Shown: positions 42,681 through 50,764 of the stretch, one piece after another | How the letters are laid out: every line of letters starts with the position of its first letter | Position numbering within the stretch: the stretch's first letter is position 1 | Origin: a bacterium | GTDB lineage: Bacteria; Patescibacteriota; Dojkabacteria; JAKAPS01; JAJZLI01 | Length of the DNA: 64,000 nucleotides | NCBI GenBank assembly: GCA_021791275.1 | Contig: JAJYWX010000001.1 | Span: 1,113 to 65,112, forward strand | Direction: 5' to 3' | Notes under the pieces: model-generated | Database searches by the model: none | Told to the model about the DNA's origin: nothing | The model's input: only the letters and a program-made list of their open reading frames with translations | Program-made: the position numbers and the translations under genes

Positions 42681-43373
42681 ATGAAAAAAAGAAGTAAAAA
42701 ATACAATGAAATAAAAAATAAAATTGAAGAGAAAGGTTTAAATGATTCTTTTGAATTAGTTAAAGATGTATCAATAAGTAGATTTAAAGGTTCCATAGAA
42801 GTTCACATTGCTCTAAAAACTTCAAAGAAAGAGAATAAACAAAATATAAGGGGCAGTGTATTTTATAAAAATTCTGTTGGAAAAAAGAAAAAGATACTTC
42901 TTTTTACAGACAGAAAAGATATTAATGAAAAATTAAAGAAACAGTTTGACTATATAGGACTGGATGAATATATAAAGAAAATTCAAGAAGGGTGGATTGA
43001 TTTTGATATTGCAATAGCAACACCTAACGTTATGCCACAAATAGCTATATTAGGAAAAATATTGGGACCAAGATCTCTTATGCCTAATCCTAAACTAGGT
43101 ACAGTCACAGATAATTTAGAAGGTATATTAAATGAATATAAGAGTGGAAAATTTGATTATAAATCCGACCAAATGGGTAATATACATACTATAATAGGTA
43201 ATGTTGATAATACAAAAGAAGAATTATTAGATAATTTTAGTGATTTAATGAAATCAATATTAAATGTTACAGGTAAACCAATACAATCTGCTTTTAAAAG
43301 TATATATCTAGCACCTACAATTGGACCTTCAATTAAACTAGAAAATGACGATATCATTAAATTATTATCATGA
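42681..43373 (+). CDS. rplA: 50S ribosomal protein L1
   Basis: LGKILGPRSLMPNPKLGTVT. Confidence 0.96.
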   Translation: MKKRSKKYNEIKNKIEEKGLNDSFELVKDVSISRFKGSIEVHIALKTSKKENKQNIRGSVFYKNSVGKKKKILLFTDRKDINEKLKKQFDYIGLDEYIKKIQEGWIDFDIAIATPNVMPQIAILGKILGPRSLMPNPKLGTVTDNLEGILNEYKSGKFDYKSDQMGNIHTIIGNVDNTKEELLDNFSDLMKSILNVTGKPIQSAFKSIYLAPTIGPSIKLENDDIIKLLS

Positions 43374-43444
43374 TTGATTTATAATAAAATATATATTAGT
43401 ATGTTATTATCACACTAGATATTTCCAATAAATAATTTAAAAAA

Positions 43445-44722
43445 ATGAAAGATAAAGATTTAGAAATATTTTCACTACAAAGTTTAGATTCAAAAAGTCT
43501 TGCAGATTTAAGAATCATAGCTGAAAAAGAAAAAATACCTGATTATCAAGAGTTGAATAAAAGGGATCTAATATTATCAATTTTAAAAGTATTAGATAAA
43601 AATGACACAGGTATAAGTATTGAAGGCATATTAGAAATAATAAATGATGGAATACATGGGATATTAAGATCATATACTCTACTTCCAGGAGAGAATGATG
43701 TATATGTATCAGGATCACAAATAAAGAAATTTAACCTGAAACAAGGAGACTATATCAAAGGGAAGGCAAGACTGCCAAAGGACAACGAAAGGTACTTAAG
43801 TATACTAAAAATAGAAAAAATAAATGAAAGAGATCCCAATGAAGCTGCAAAAAGAACTCCGTTCGAAAGGCTAACACCAATATTTCCTGCTGAACAAATA
43901 AAATTAGAGATTGACCAATTTAGACTTTCAAACAGAATAATAGATTTATTATCTCCTATTGGCAAAGGGCAAAGGGGAATGATAGTATCTCCTCCTAAAT
44001 CAGGGAAGACGACACTATTAAAAGATATTGCTGACGGTATATCAGAAAACCACAAAGAAATACATTTAATGATATTACTAATAGGAGAAAGACCTGAAGA
44101 GGTAACAGATATAAGGAAATCTACAAAAGCAGAAGTTTTCGCTTCAAATTTTGACGAGCAACCAGAAAATCAAATCAAAGTCGCAGAAATAGTTTTGGAT
44201 AGATCTAAAAGGTTAGTAGAAGAAGGTAAGGATGTAGTGATATTAGTAGATAGTTTAACTAGATTAGCTAGAGCATATAATATTACTGTTCCTCCATCAG
44301 GAAGAACATTATCAGGGGGATTTGATCCAATAGCACTATATCCTCCAAAGAAATTCTTTGGATCAGCAAGGAATCTTGAGGAATATGGTAGTTTAACTAT
44401 TATAGCAACAGCACTAGTTGATACTGGAAGTAGAATGGATGATTTAGTTTATGAAGAATTTAAAGGTACTGGAAATATGGAACTACATTTAGATAGAAAA
44501 CTATCTGAAAGAAGAATATACCCTGCAATTGATGTTGTAAAATCAGGAACAAGACACGAAGAGAAATTGTTATCTCCTGAAGTACTAAATCAATCTTGGA
44601 TTATAAGGAGAATGCTTGACACTCTAAAATCTGGAGAAAGCAGTGAGTTGCTTATAGAAAGACTGAAAAAGACTAAAAATAATAACGAATTTTTACTCAC
44701 ATTACATGAAAATCTAAATTAA
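43445..44722 (+). CDS. rho: Transcription termination factor Rho
   Basis: DVYVS, PIGKGQRG, PPKSGKT, ERPEEVT, EEFKGTGNME. Confidence 0.98.
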   Translation: MKDKDLEIFSLQSLDSKSLADLRIIAEKEKIPDYQELNKRDLILSILKVLDKNDTGISIEGILEIINDGIHGILRSYTLLPGENDVYVSGSQIKKFNLKQGDYIKGKARLPKDNERYLSILKIEKINERDPNEAAKRTPFERLTPIFPAEQIKLEIDQFRLSNRIIDLLSPIGKGQRGMIVSPPKSGKTTLLKDIADGISENHKEIHLMILLIGERPEEVTDIRKSTKAEVFASNFDEQPENQIKVAEIVLDRSKRLVEEGKDVVILVDSLTRLARAYNITVPPSGRTLSGGFDPIALYPPKKFFGSARNLEEYGSLTIIATALVDTGSRMDDLVYEEFKGTGNMELHLDRKLSERRIYPAIDVVKSGTRHEEKLLSPEVLNQSWIIRRMLDTLKSGESSELLIERLKKTKNNNEFLLTLHENLN

Positions 44723-44737
44723 ATAATTATAAATTAT

Positions 44738-45343
44738 TTACCATCCCATGTAATCTTGACTACTTATCTTATAATCAAATAATTCATCCTCTTTAAACCA
44801 AAGATTAATTTCATATTCAGCATCTTCAACTGAGCTAGATGCATGAATCAAATTATATATAGATCTCTTCTGAAAAGTTGCTATATCTAAATTATCCCAA
44901 GAATAATCTCCCCTAATTGTTCCAGCAGGAGATTCAATTGGATAGGTTGACCCAACAATTTTCCTAATCAATTTAATACATCCAGGTCCTTCCATAACGA
45001 TAGCTATAACAGGACCCAATGTTAAATACTTTTCATTTGAAGTATTTATAAATTTCCCTATTTCAAAAGGATCTGTAGTATTGAAATCTTTCTCTAACTC
45101 ATTTAATTTATTCTTATTTTTATAATCATCTATAACTTTATTCCCAACATTTAAACACCATTCTTCCGATACAGGATAGTGCTTTTTTGCCAAATATGAA
45201 TCAGGAAAAACCATTTTCATTCCTATAATCTTCAACCCAAGTTTTTCAAACCTGGATAATATTTCTCCTACAATACTCCTTGATACTCCATCATGTTTTA
45301 TTAAAATTAAAGATTTCTCATAGAATTTACTATTTTTGCTCAT
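44738..45343 (-). CDS. ndk: Nucleoside-diphosphate kinase
   Basis: LIKHDGV, GTIRGD, NLIHAS, EINLWF. Confidence 0.93.
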   Translation of the reverse strand: MSKNSKFYEKSLILIKHDGVSRSIVGEILSRFEKLGLKIIGMKMVFPDSYLAKKHYPVSEEWCLNVGNKVIDDYKNKNKLNELEKDFNTTDPFEIGKFINTSNEKYLTLGPVIAIVMEGPGCIKLIRKIVGSTYPIESPAGTIRGDYSWDNLDIATFQKRSIYNLIHASSSVEDAEYEINLWFKEDELFDYKISSQDYMGW

Positions 45344-45420
45344 GATGTATGTTATTCCAATAAAATAAATTTAACATATTGATGATTTTACTATATAATA
45401 TTTATTTATTCAAAAGCTAC

Positions 45421-45494
45421 GTCCCTGTAGCTCAGATGGATAGAGTGTCTCGGTCCTAACGAGAAGGTCATAGGTTCGAATCCTATCAGGGATA
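45421..45494 (+). tRNA. tRNA-Arg(CCT)
   Basis: GTCCCTG/CAGGGAT acceptor; TCTCG-GTCCTAA-CGAGA. Confidence 0.92.
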
Positions 45495-45498
45495 ATGA

Positions 45499-46965
45499 TT
45501 ATAGTGAAAAAGGAAATATACTAGAATTCTTAATCAAATTTACAACATAAAGATATTTCTTACCACCTTTGAATGCATAATTAAATAGTAGATAATTATC
45601 ACCCGGAGAAATATAATAGTTTCCAATACTATTATTGGATATTAAATATTTATTATTTGACCCTATTGCTTGTTCATAAATGGACAAAGTCCCTCCCGAA
45701 GAATTCTTCTGTTGATAAAATATATAACTACCTAGATCGAATGGAGTTAAATTGTACATACTACTATAATCATTGCTAATAAGGGTATAAGAAGAATTTC
45801 CTATATAATAGGCATATAAGCTATTTGCCTTAGAAAGGATTATATAATTATTTTGGTCTCTAAAACTGACTAAATTATAATTTTTAGCAAACTTTATTCT
45901 ACCTGATAAGATATCATTTTTTATAGACAACAAATAATTATATCCGTTATTTGATGAAGCAACGATATATCCTCCAAAATTATTACCCAAAAGATTTGTC
46001 ACCTTTCCAGAAATCTTTGTTAAGGTGATTTTATCTGTTCCATCAATATTTGATATAAAAATATCAGTTTCGTTATTACTAAGATCATAATAAGTATATA
46101 CTATCTGTGATCCCAAAATTTCATAATGAAAGTCTTCAGATCCAAATAAAAACAGATATGCCTGCCCAGTAGATATATTTACACTTCCTAGCAAACTGCC
46201 TGATTGAATGATTATGTATTCAGATGACCCAGCAAAAGAAACCTTATTTATATTATTAATATATGGCAAATTAAAAAGCGACAATTTCCCAGAGGATACA
46301 TCATACAAATAGTAAATTTTATTATATTCTATAAGAAGATATGAATTTGAATAATCAGACATAATATTTATATTATACTTTGGATTAAAATTTAATTTTT
46401 TGGATAGATTAAATAGATATATAGGAAGAGTGCTTTTATTAATTTGAGATAAATCTAAATAATAAACTTTATACTCTTTTGATAAAGTTTCAACTATAAT
46501 GTATAAATAGTTATTTTGATATTTATAAAAGGTTTTATATACATATCCATCAGTTGATACTATACTCTGATTAATCTTACTAGGGATTAAGAATGCATCT
46601 ATATTTGTTATAATACTTGGTTTTACAGTGACTAAGCTTTGCCAAGCCACATAATTATTGGACTCAATCCTTAAATTATATGATCCCGGATTTAATGAAT
46701 TTAAAACGACAGGAGATGTTCCTATATAATGACCATTTAGATATACGTTGGAATTATTAGGAGTTGTATTTACTCGTAGTATACCAGTTGTTGTGATTGT
46801 AAAATTAGATAAATTTAGAGTGTATCCCCTAGCCACAAGCACAATTACACCCGCAACAATCAATAGTATCAATATAACAAAGAAAGAGTTTATCCTAGAA
46901 TATAATTTACTCTCCTTTAATTTATGAAAATTGCCCTTCTTGCTATTCTTAATGTCATTTTTCAT
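45499..46965 (-). CDS. PEGA-domain membrane-anchored protein with probable beta-propeller
   Basis: TM helix, GILRVNTTPNNSNVYLNG..GTSP..LNPGSYNLRIE PEGA pattern, Tyr/Asn-rich beta strands. Confidence 0.8.
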   Translation of the reverse strand: MKNDIKNSKKGNFHKLKESKLYSRINSFFVILILLIVAGVIVLVARGYTLNLSNFTITTTGILRVNTTPNNSNVYLNGHYIGTSPVVLNSLNPGSYNLRIESNNYVAWQSLVTVKPSIITNIDAFLIPSKINQSIVSTDGYVYKTFYKYQNNYLYIIVETLSKEYKVYYLDLSQINKSTLPIYLFNLSKKLNFNPKYNINIMSDYSNSYLLIEYNKIYYLYDVSSGKLSLFNLPYINNINKVSFAGSSEYIIIQSGSLLGSVNISTGQAYLFLFGSEDFHYEILGSQIVYTYYDLSNNETDIFISNIDGTDKITLTKISGKVTNLLGNNFGGYIVASSNNGYNYLLSIKNDILSGRIKFAKNYNLVSFRDQNNYIILSKANSLYAYYIGNSSYTLISNDYSSMYNLTPFDLGSYIFYQQKNSSGGTLSIYEQAIGSNNKYLISNNSIGNYYISPGDNYLLFNYAFKGGKKYLYVVNLIKNSSIFPFSL

Positions 46966-47028
46966 ATTTCATATTATTTATAGTATATGTTAAAATTATA
47001 CCATAAAATAATATCTTATCATTAAATC

Positions 47029-48039
47029 ATGTTAAATAATAATAAATTTGGACTAGACTTTGGAACATCTAATTCACTTATATCTCTTCAGAATAAAGGA
47101 ATAATATTAAATGAACCATCTGTAGTAGCAATATCAATAGATGACAATTCAATAATATCAATTGGGTATGAAGCAAAAGAAATGCTTGGCAAAACCCCAG
47201 AGGGAATAATATCAAAAAAACCAATTAAAGGAGGAGCTATAGCAAATTACAAAATATCTGAAATGATGATTAAATACTTTTTCTCAAAAGTCCCAAAGAC
47301 CAAATTTTTAACAGGATCTCAAGTTGTATCAAGCGTTTCTTCAGGATTAACTTCTGTAGAGAAAAGAGCTCTCTACGAAGCTATAATCAATTCTGGTGCA
47401 AAAAAGGTTTTCCTTATGCAAGAGACTCTACTAACTGCAATAGGATCAAACTTACCTATAGGAACATCTTCTGGAAATATGGTTATCAATATAGGCGGTG
47501 GCACTGCTGAATTTGCCATAATATCCCTTAATGGCGTTGTAGTTTCTGATTCAATAAGGGTTGGAGGTGAATACATAAATGACTCAATAATTAATTTTTT
47601 GAAAAAAAATAGATCAATAGTTATTGGGGATCAAATGGCAGAAAATATTAAAATAGAAATAGGGTCTGCGTTACCTTTAACTTCCCCATTAGAGATGGAA
47701 ATAAAAGGAAGGGATTCTATTACTGGAATGCCCAAATCAATAAATATAGATACGAATACTGTAGTTGAAGCTATCAAATCACCTTTAAATCTTATTATAC
47801 AGACTACTCGACAGTTACTAGAAAGAACACCACCTGAACTTTCTTCAGATATTATAGATAGAGGAATACTCTTAAGTGGAGGAACAGCACTATTAAGAAA
47901 TATAGATACTCTACTCTCTAGGGCAATAGGTATACCTGTATATATCAGCGATAACCCATTACTAACAGTCTCCAATGGAGCATCTGAAGCATTAAAGTAT
48001 ATGGATTCTCTTTCAAAAAATATAAAGAATCCATTATAG
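47029..48039 (+). CDS. mreB: Second MreB/Mbl paralogue
   Basis: LDFGTSN, EPSVVA, NIGGGT, TPPELSSDI, LSGGTA. Confidence 0.9.
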   Translation: MLNNNKFGLDFGTSNSLISLQNKGIILNEPSVVAISIDDNSIISIGYEAKEMLGKTPEGIISKKPIKGGAIANYKISEMMIKYFFSKVPKTKFLTGSQVVSSVSSGLTSVEKRALYEAIINSGAKKVFLMQETLLTAIGSNLPIGTSSGNMVINIGGGTAEFAIISLNGVVVSDSIRVGGEYINDSIINFLKKNRSIVIGDQMAENIKIEIGSALPLTSPLEMEIKGRDSITGMPKSINIDTNTVVEAIKSPLNLIIQTTRQLLERTPPELSSDIIDRGILLSGGTALLRNIDTLLSRAIGIPVYISDNPLLTVSNGASEALKYMDSLSKNIKNPL

Positions 48040-48047
48040 ATTAAGGC

Positions 48048-49367
48048 ATGTATATATTTATATTATTAATAACAATATACTTAATTCTAGGTATAATAAG
48101 CATTAACTATCCTAAGCTACTCCTGCCAATATCTATATGCCTATTACCCTTAGAAAGATTTAACATATATATGGGGTTCTCTCTATCTCCATTAATATTA
48201 TATATACCAATAATATTACTATCTATATTTACTAATTTTAAAGAAATCAAAAAACAAATAAAGTTATATCCAATTAATAAAACTATTATTTATTCTCTTT
48301 TATTAATATTACTAGCAATAATTGTTACTGACGTTTTTGCAATAAATAGATTTTTATCATTAAAATCCTCAATATATGTCTTTATAACAGTATTTATGTT
48401 TATATTCGGATATTTATATATATCAATTTATAAAAATATAAAGACCATAATAAATAGTATAATAGTATCTGATCTAATAGTATCAATTTATGGAATAATA
48501 CAGTTTATATCTTATCTATTTTTCAAGAAGGATAGAATCGGATTATACAAGATTCTACATTCTTCCACAATTAATCCTAGTTATTTTTTAATAACAATTC
48601 ACCATATCTCAATTCTACGACCGGATTCAACATTCACTGATGTAAATACTGCTGCGGGATATATATTACTCTCTTTACCAATGATTCTAACACTATATAT
48701 TTTAAATAAAAGAAAAAAATATAATGAATATATTAATAGATATTTAATAAATTTATCCCCAATAATAGCAATATATTTTATATTGACTTTTTCAAAAAGT
48801 GCCTTTATTGGATTATTTATAATAATCTTGTATTTAATATATATTTATAAAATATATAAAAATACCTTATTTAAATATTTCTTTACTCTAACTGTTATTT
48901 TAGTATTAGCTATATCTTACAAAATTAACTTAATAAAGTATGTATATACGAAAGAAAAATATTCATATTTAGGTCATTTTATATTAACTAAATATTCTTA
49001 TTATATATTTGAAAAACACCCCATTACTGGAACAGGAATAGGAAGTTTTACTTACTACTTCGGAACATATATAAAACCCTATATACAATATTATTATAAT
49101 AATATTGATAATCCTCCAGTAATATTACTATGGCTTTCAGAGATAGGTTTAATAGGATTTATTGCATATCTAAATTTCTTTATAAATTATTTCAGAGATA
49201 TAGTGGGATCAAATCATAGAAAAAGTACTTTAAGGAAATACCTTGAAAAAGCATTTATTGCAGGTATAATAGGGATATTGATAGCAAATTTATTTCATTC
49301 CTATCTAACACTAATATTTAATTGGGAATTAATGGGAGTATTTTTAGGTATAATATATATCATATAA
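48048..49367 (+). CDS. O-antigen ligase/Wzy-like polytopic membrane protein
   Basis: About 11 TM helices, RPDSTFTDVN, LTFSKSA, HPITGTGIGSF, EIGLIG. Confidence 0.8.
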   Translation: MYIFILLITIYLILGIISINYPKLLLPISICLLPLERFNIYMGFSLSPLILYIPIILLSIFTNFKEIKKQIKLYPINKTIIYSLLLILLAIIVTDVFAINRFLSLKSSIYVFITVFMFIFGYLYISIYKNIKTIINSIIVSDLIVSIYGIIQFISYLFFKKDRIGLYKILHSSTINPSYFLITIHHISILRPDSTFTDVNTAAGYILLSLPMILTLYILNKRKKYNEYINRYLINLSPIIAIYFILTFSKSAFIGLFIIILYLIYIYKIYKNTLFKYFFTLTVILVLAISYKINLIKYVYTKEKYSYLGHFILTKYSYYIFEKHPITGTGIGSFTYYFGTYIKPYIQYYYNNIDNPPVILLWLSEIGLIGFIAYLNFFINYFRDIVGSNHRKSTLRKYLEKAFIAGIIGILIANLFHSYLTLIFNWELMGVFLGIIYII

Positions 49368-49400
49368 GAGTAGACAAATTTAAAATAAATTTGCCTACTC
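49368..49400 (-). terminator. Hairpin between convergent genes, probable rplJL terminator
   Basis: GAGTAGGCAAATTTA-TTT-TAAATTTGTCTACTC, 15 bp with one G.U on the minus strand; weak U tail. Confidence 0.6.
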
Positions 49401-49415
49401 AAACTAATTAAAATA

Positions 49416-49820
49416 TTATTTTAAGGTTATTTTTGCTCCAACCTCTTCAAATAATTTCTTTATTTTATCTGCTTCTTCTTTGTTAACTGACTCTTTCAAT
49501 GCCTTTGGAGTAGCCTCTGTTATATCTTTTGCTTCCTTTAAACCTAATTCTGGATTAATGCTTCTAATAGCCTTAATAACTTCAATCTTCTTATCTCCTG
49601 CACTTTCTAGAATTACATCAAATGAATCTTTCGCTTCTTGACTCTGAGAACCATCTTGTTGTGCTGAATTATTATCTCCATTAGGCGCTGAAACGACTTG
49701 AACTTGACTACTAGCCTTTACTCCAAATTCATCCTCAAGAGCCTTTACCAACTCAGATATCTCCAAGATATTCATTTTCCCTATTTCAGAGATTATATCT
49801 TTAATTTTTTTATTTTCCAT
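49416..49820 (-). CDS. rplL: 50S ribosomal protein L7/L12
   Basis: ELVKALEDEFGV, KKIEVIK, LGLKEAK. Confidence 0.97.
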   Translation of the reverse strand: MENKKIKDIISEIGKMNILEISELVKALEDEFGVKASSQVQVVSAPNGDNNSAQQDGSQSQEAKDSFDVILESAGDKKIEVIKAIRSINPELGLKEAKDITEATPKALKESVNKEEADKIKKLFEEVGAKITLK

Positions 49821-49824
49821 AAAC

Positions 49825-50358
49825 TTATTTCACCCCCTCTTCTTTAGTATTTTTAATTGAATTTAAAACATTTATTAATGAAACTGCTGAGAAACTTAGT
49901 GAATTGACTAAGTTTTCCAGATTACCATTCAAAATATAAATCAACTTTAATATAAGAACCTCTATAGAATCTATACTTGCCAGATCTAAAATCATATTTT
50001 TATCTATAAGATTATTATTTAAAATACCAAATTTTATTTCTATTCCTAATTCTTTAGAAAAATTCAATATTTCCTTCGCAAAAATATTTGAATTATTAGG
50101 TGCAAAAACAACAGAATTATATCCGTATATCAAATCTAATAAAGTATTGGAACTATTATTTTTTGCTAAAACTCTCTTAAAAAGAGTATTTTTTATTAAT
50201 TTATATTCTCCGCCAATAGATTTTATTTTATCTCTAATAATTTCCAATTGATATACTGTTAATCCAGATGTATCCATAAAAAATATAGCTTCTGAGGAAT
50301 CAATTCCTTTTTCATAAGAAACTATTATCTCTTGTTTTTTTAATTTATTTATAGCCAT
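49825..50358 (-). CDS. rplJ: 50S ribosomal protein L10
   Basis: GLTV, IKNTL; directly upstream of rplL. Confidence 0.92.
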   Translation of the reverse strand: MAINKLKKQEIIVSYEKGIDSSEAIFFMDTSGLTVYQLEIIRDKIKSIGGEYKLIKNTLFKRVLAKNNSSNTLLDLIYGYNSVVFAPNNSNIFAKEILNFSKELGIEIKFGILNNNLIDKNMILDLASIDSIEVLILKLIYILNGNLENLVNSLSFSAVSLINVLNSIKNTKEEGVK

Positions 50359-50371
50359 TTAAATGAAAATA

Positions 50372-50467
50372 TAAGTTTAAATAGGATGAACTTTTAATCT
50401 CTTAGAGATCCTATTGTCTAAAACTTAACAACTGATATATTCTATATCAATTAATATTTTTAGTCAA
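50372..50467 (-). promoter_or_regulatory. rplJ promoter and L10-leader-like RNA
   Basis: TTGACT(50467-50462)-N17-TAGAAT; leader AAGTTTTAGACAATAGG-ATCTC/GAGAT-TAAAAG..CCTATTTAAACTT resembles the AGAC.R.UAGG...CCUA L10 leader. Confidence 0.65.
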
Positions 50468-50468
50468 C

Positions 50469-50502
50469 AAAAAAGGGATCGGTACTGCCCCCCACCGATC
50501 CC
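50469..50502 (-). terminator. Intrinsic terminator
   Basis: GGGATCGGT-N10-ACCGATCCC followed by T6. Confidence 0.85.
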
Positions 50503-50613
50503 AATAATAAATTAAATTAATTTAACTTATTATTTAAAACTCATTTCCATGGGTCCAGCAAAGCTTCTTTTACTAACCAGCCCCAGGGAGATGAGTTTTA
50601 GTATCAAAAGAAC
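50469..50613 (-). ncRNA. Candidate novel structured small RNA (three hairpins)
   Basis: Own promoter, no ORF; stems at 50535-50600 and 50503-50534, terminator at 50469-50502. Confidence 0.6.
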
Positions 50614-50619
50614 AATTAA

Positions 50620-50648
50620 ATTTTATCCCATAACATTATTTTTGTCAA
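50620..50648 (-). promoter_or_regulatory. sigma70-type promoter
   Basis: TTGACA-N17-TAAAAT. Confidence 0.78.
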
Positions 50649-50713
50649 CCCCATAATTAAAATCCAGTCAAAACAGAAAGATAAGTGGCTTCAATAAAGA
50701 CTATTTCAAATTA

Positions 50714-50751
50714 TGTGGATAACTTTTTGGGGTGATTGTTATTGTGGATAA
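50714..50751 (-). promoter_or_regulatory. Two perfect DnaA boxes in direct orientation
   Basis: TTATCCACA at 50722-50714 and 50751-50743. Confidence 0.75.
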
Positions 50752-50764
50752 GTGGTGTAATGTT

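Noticed and set aside
50503-50605. CRISPR repeat or tracrRNA (GTTTTA...AAAAC ends after a boxA-like motif)
   Set aside because: It is a single inverted repeat with no direct repeats, spacers or cas genes.
50714-50751. oriC at the paired DnaA boxes
   Set aside because: Only two boxes, no dnaA/dnaN nearby, and gene orientation is minus on both sides. A regulatory role is more likely, though whole-genome GC skew would be needed to exclude an origin.
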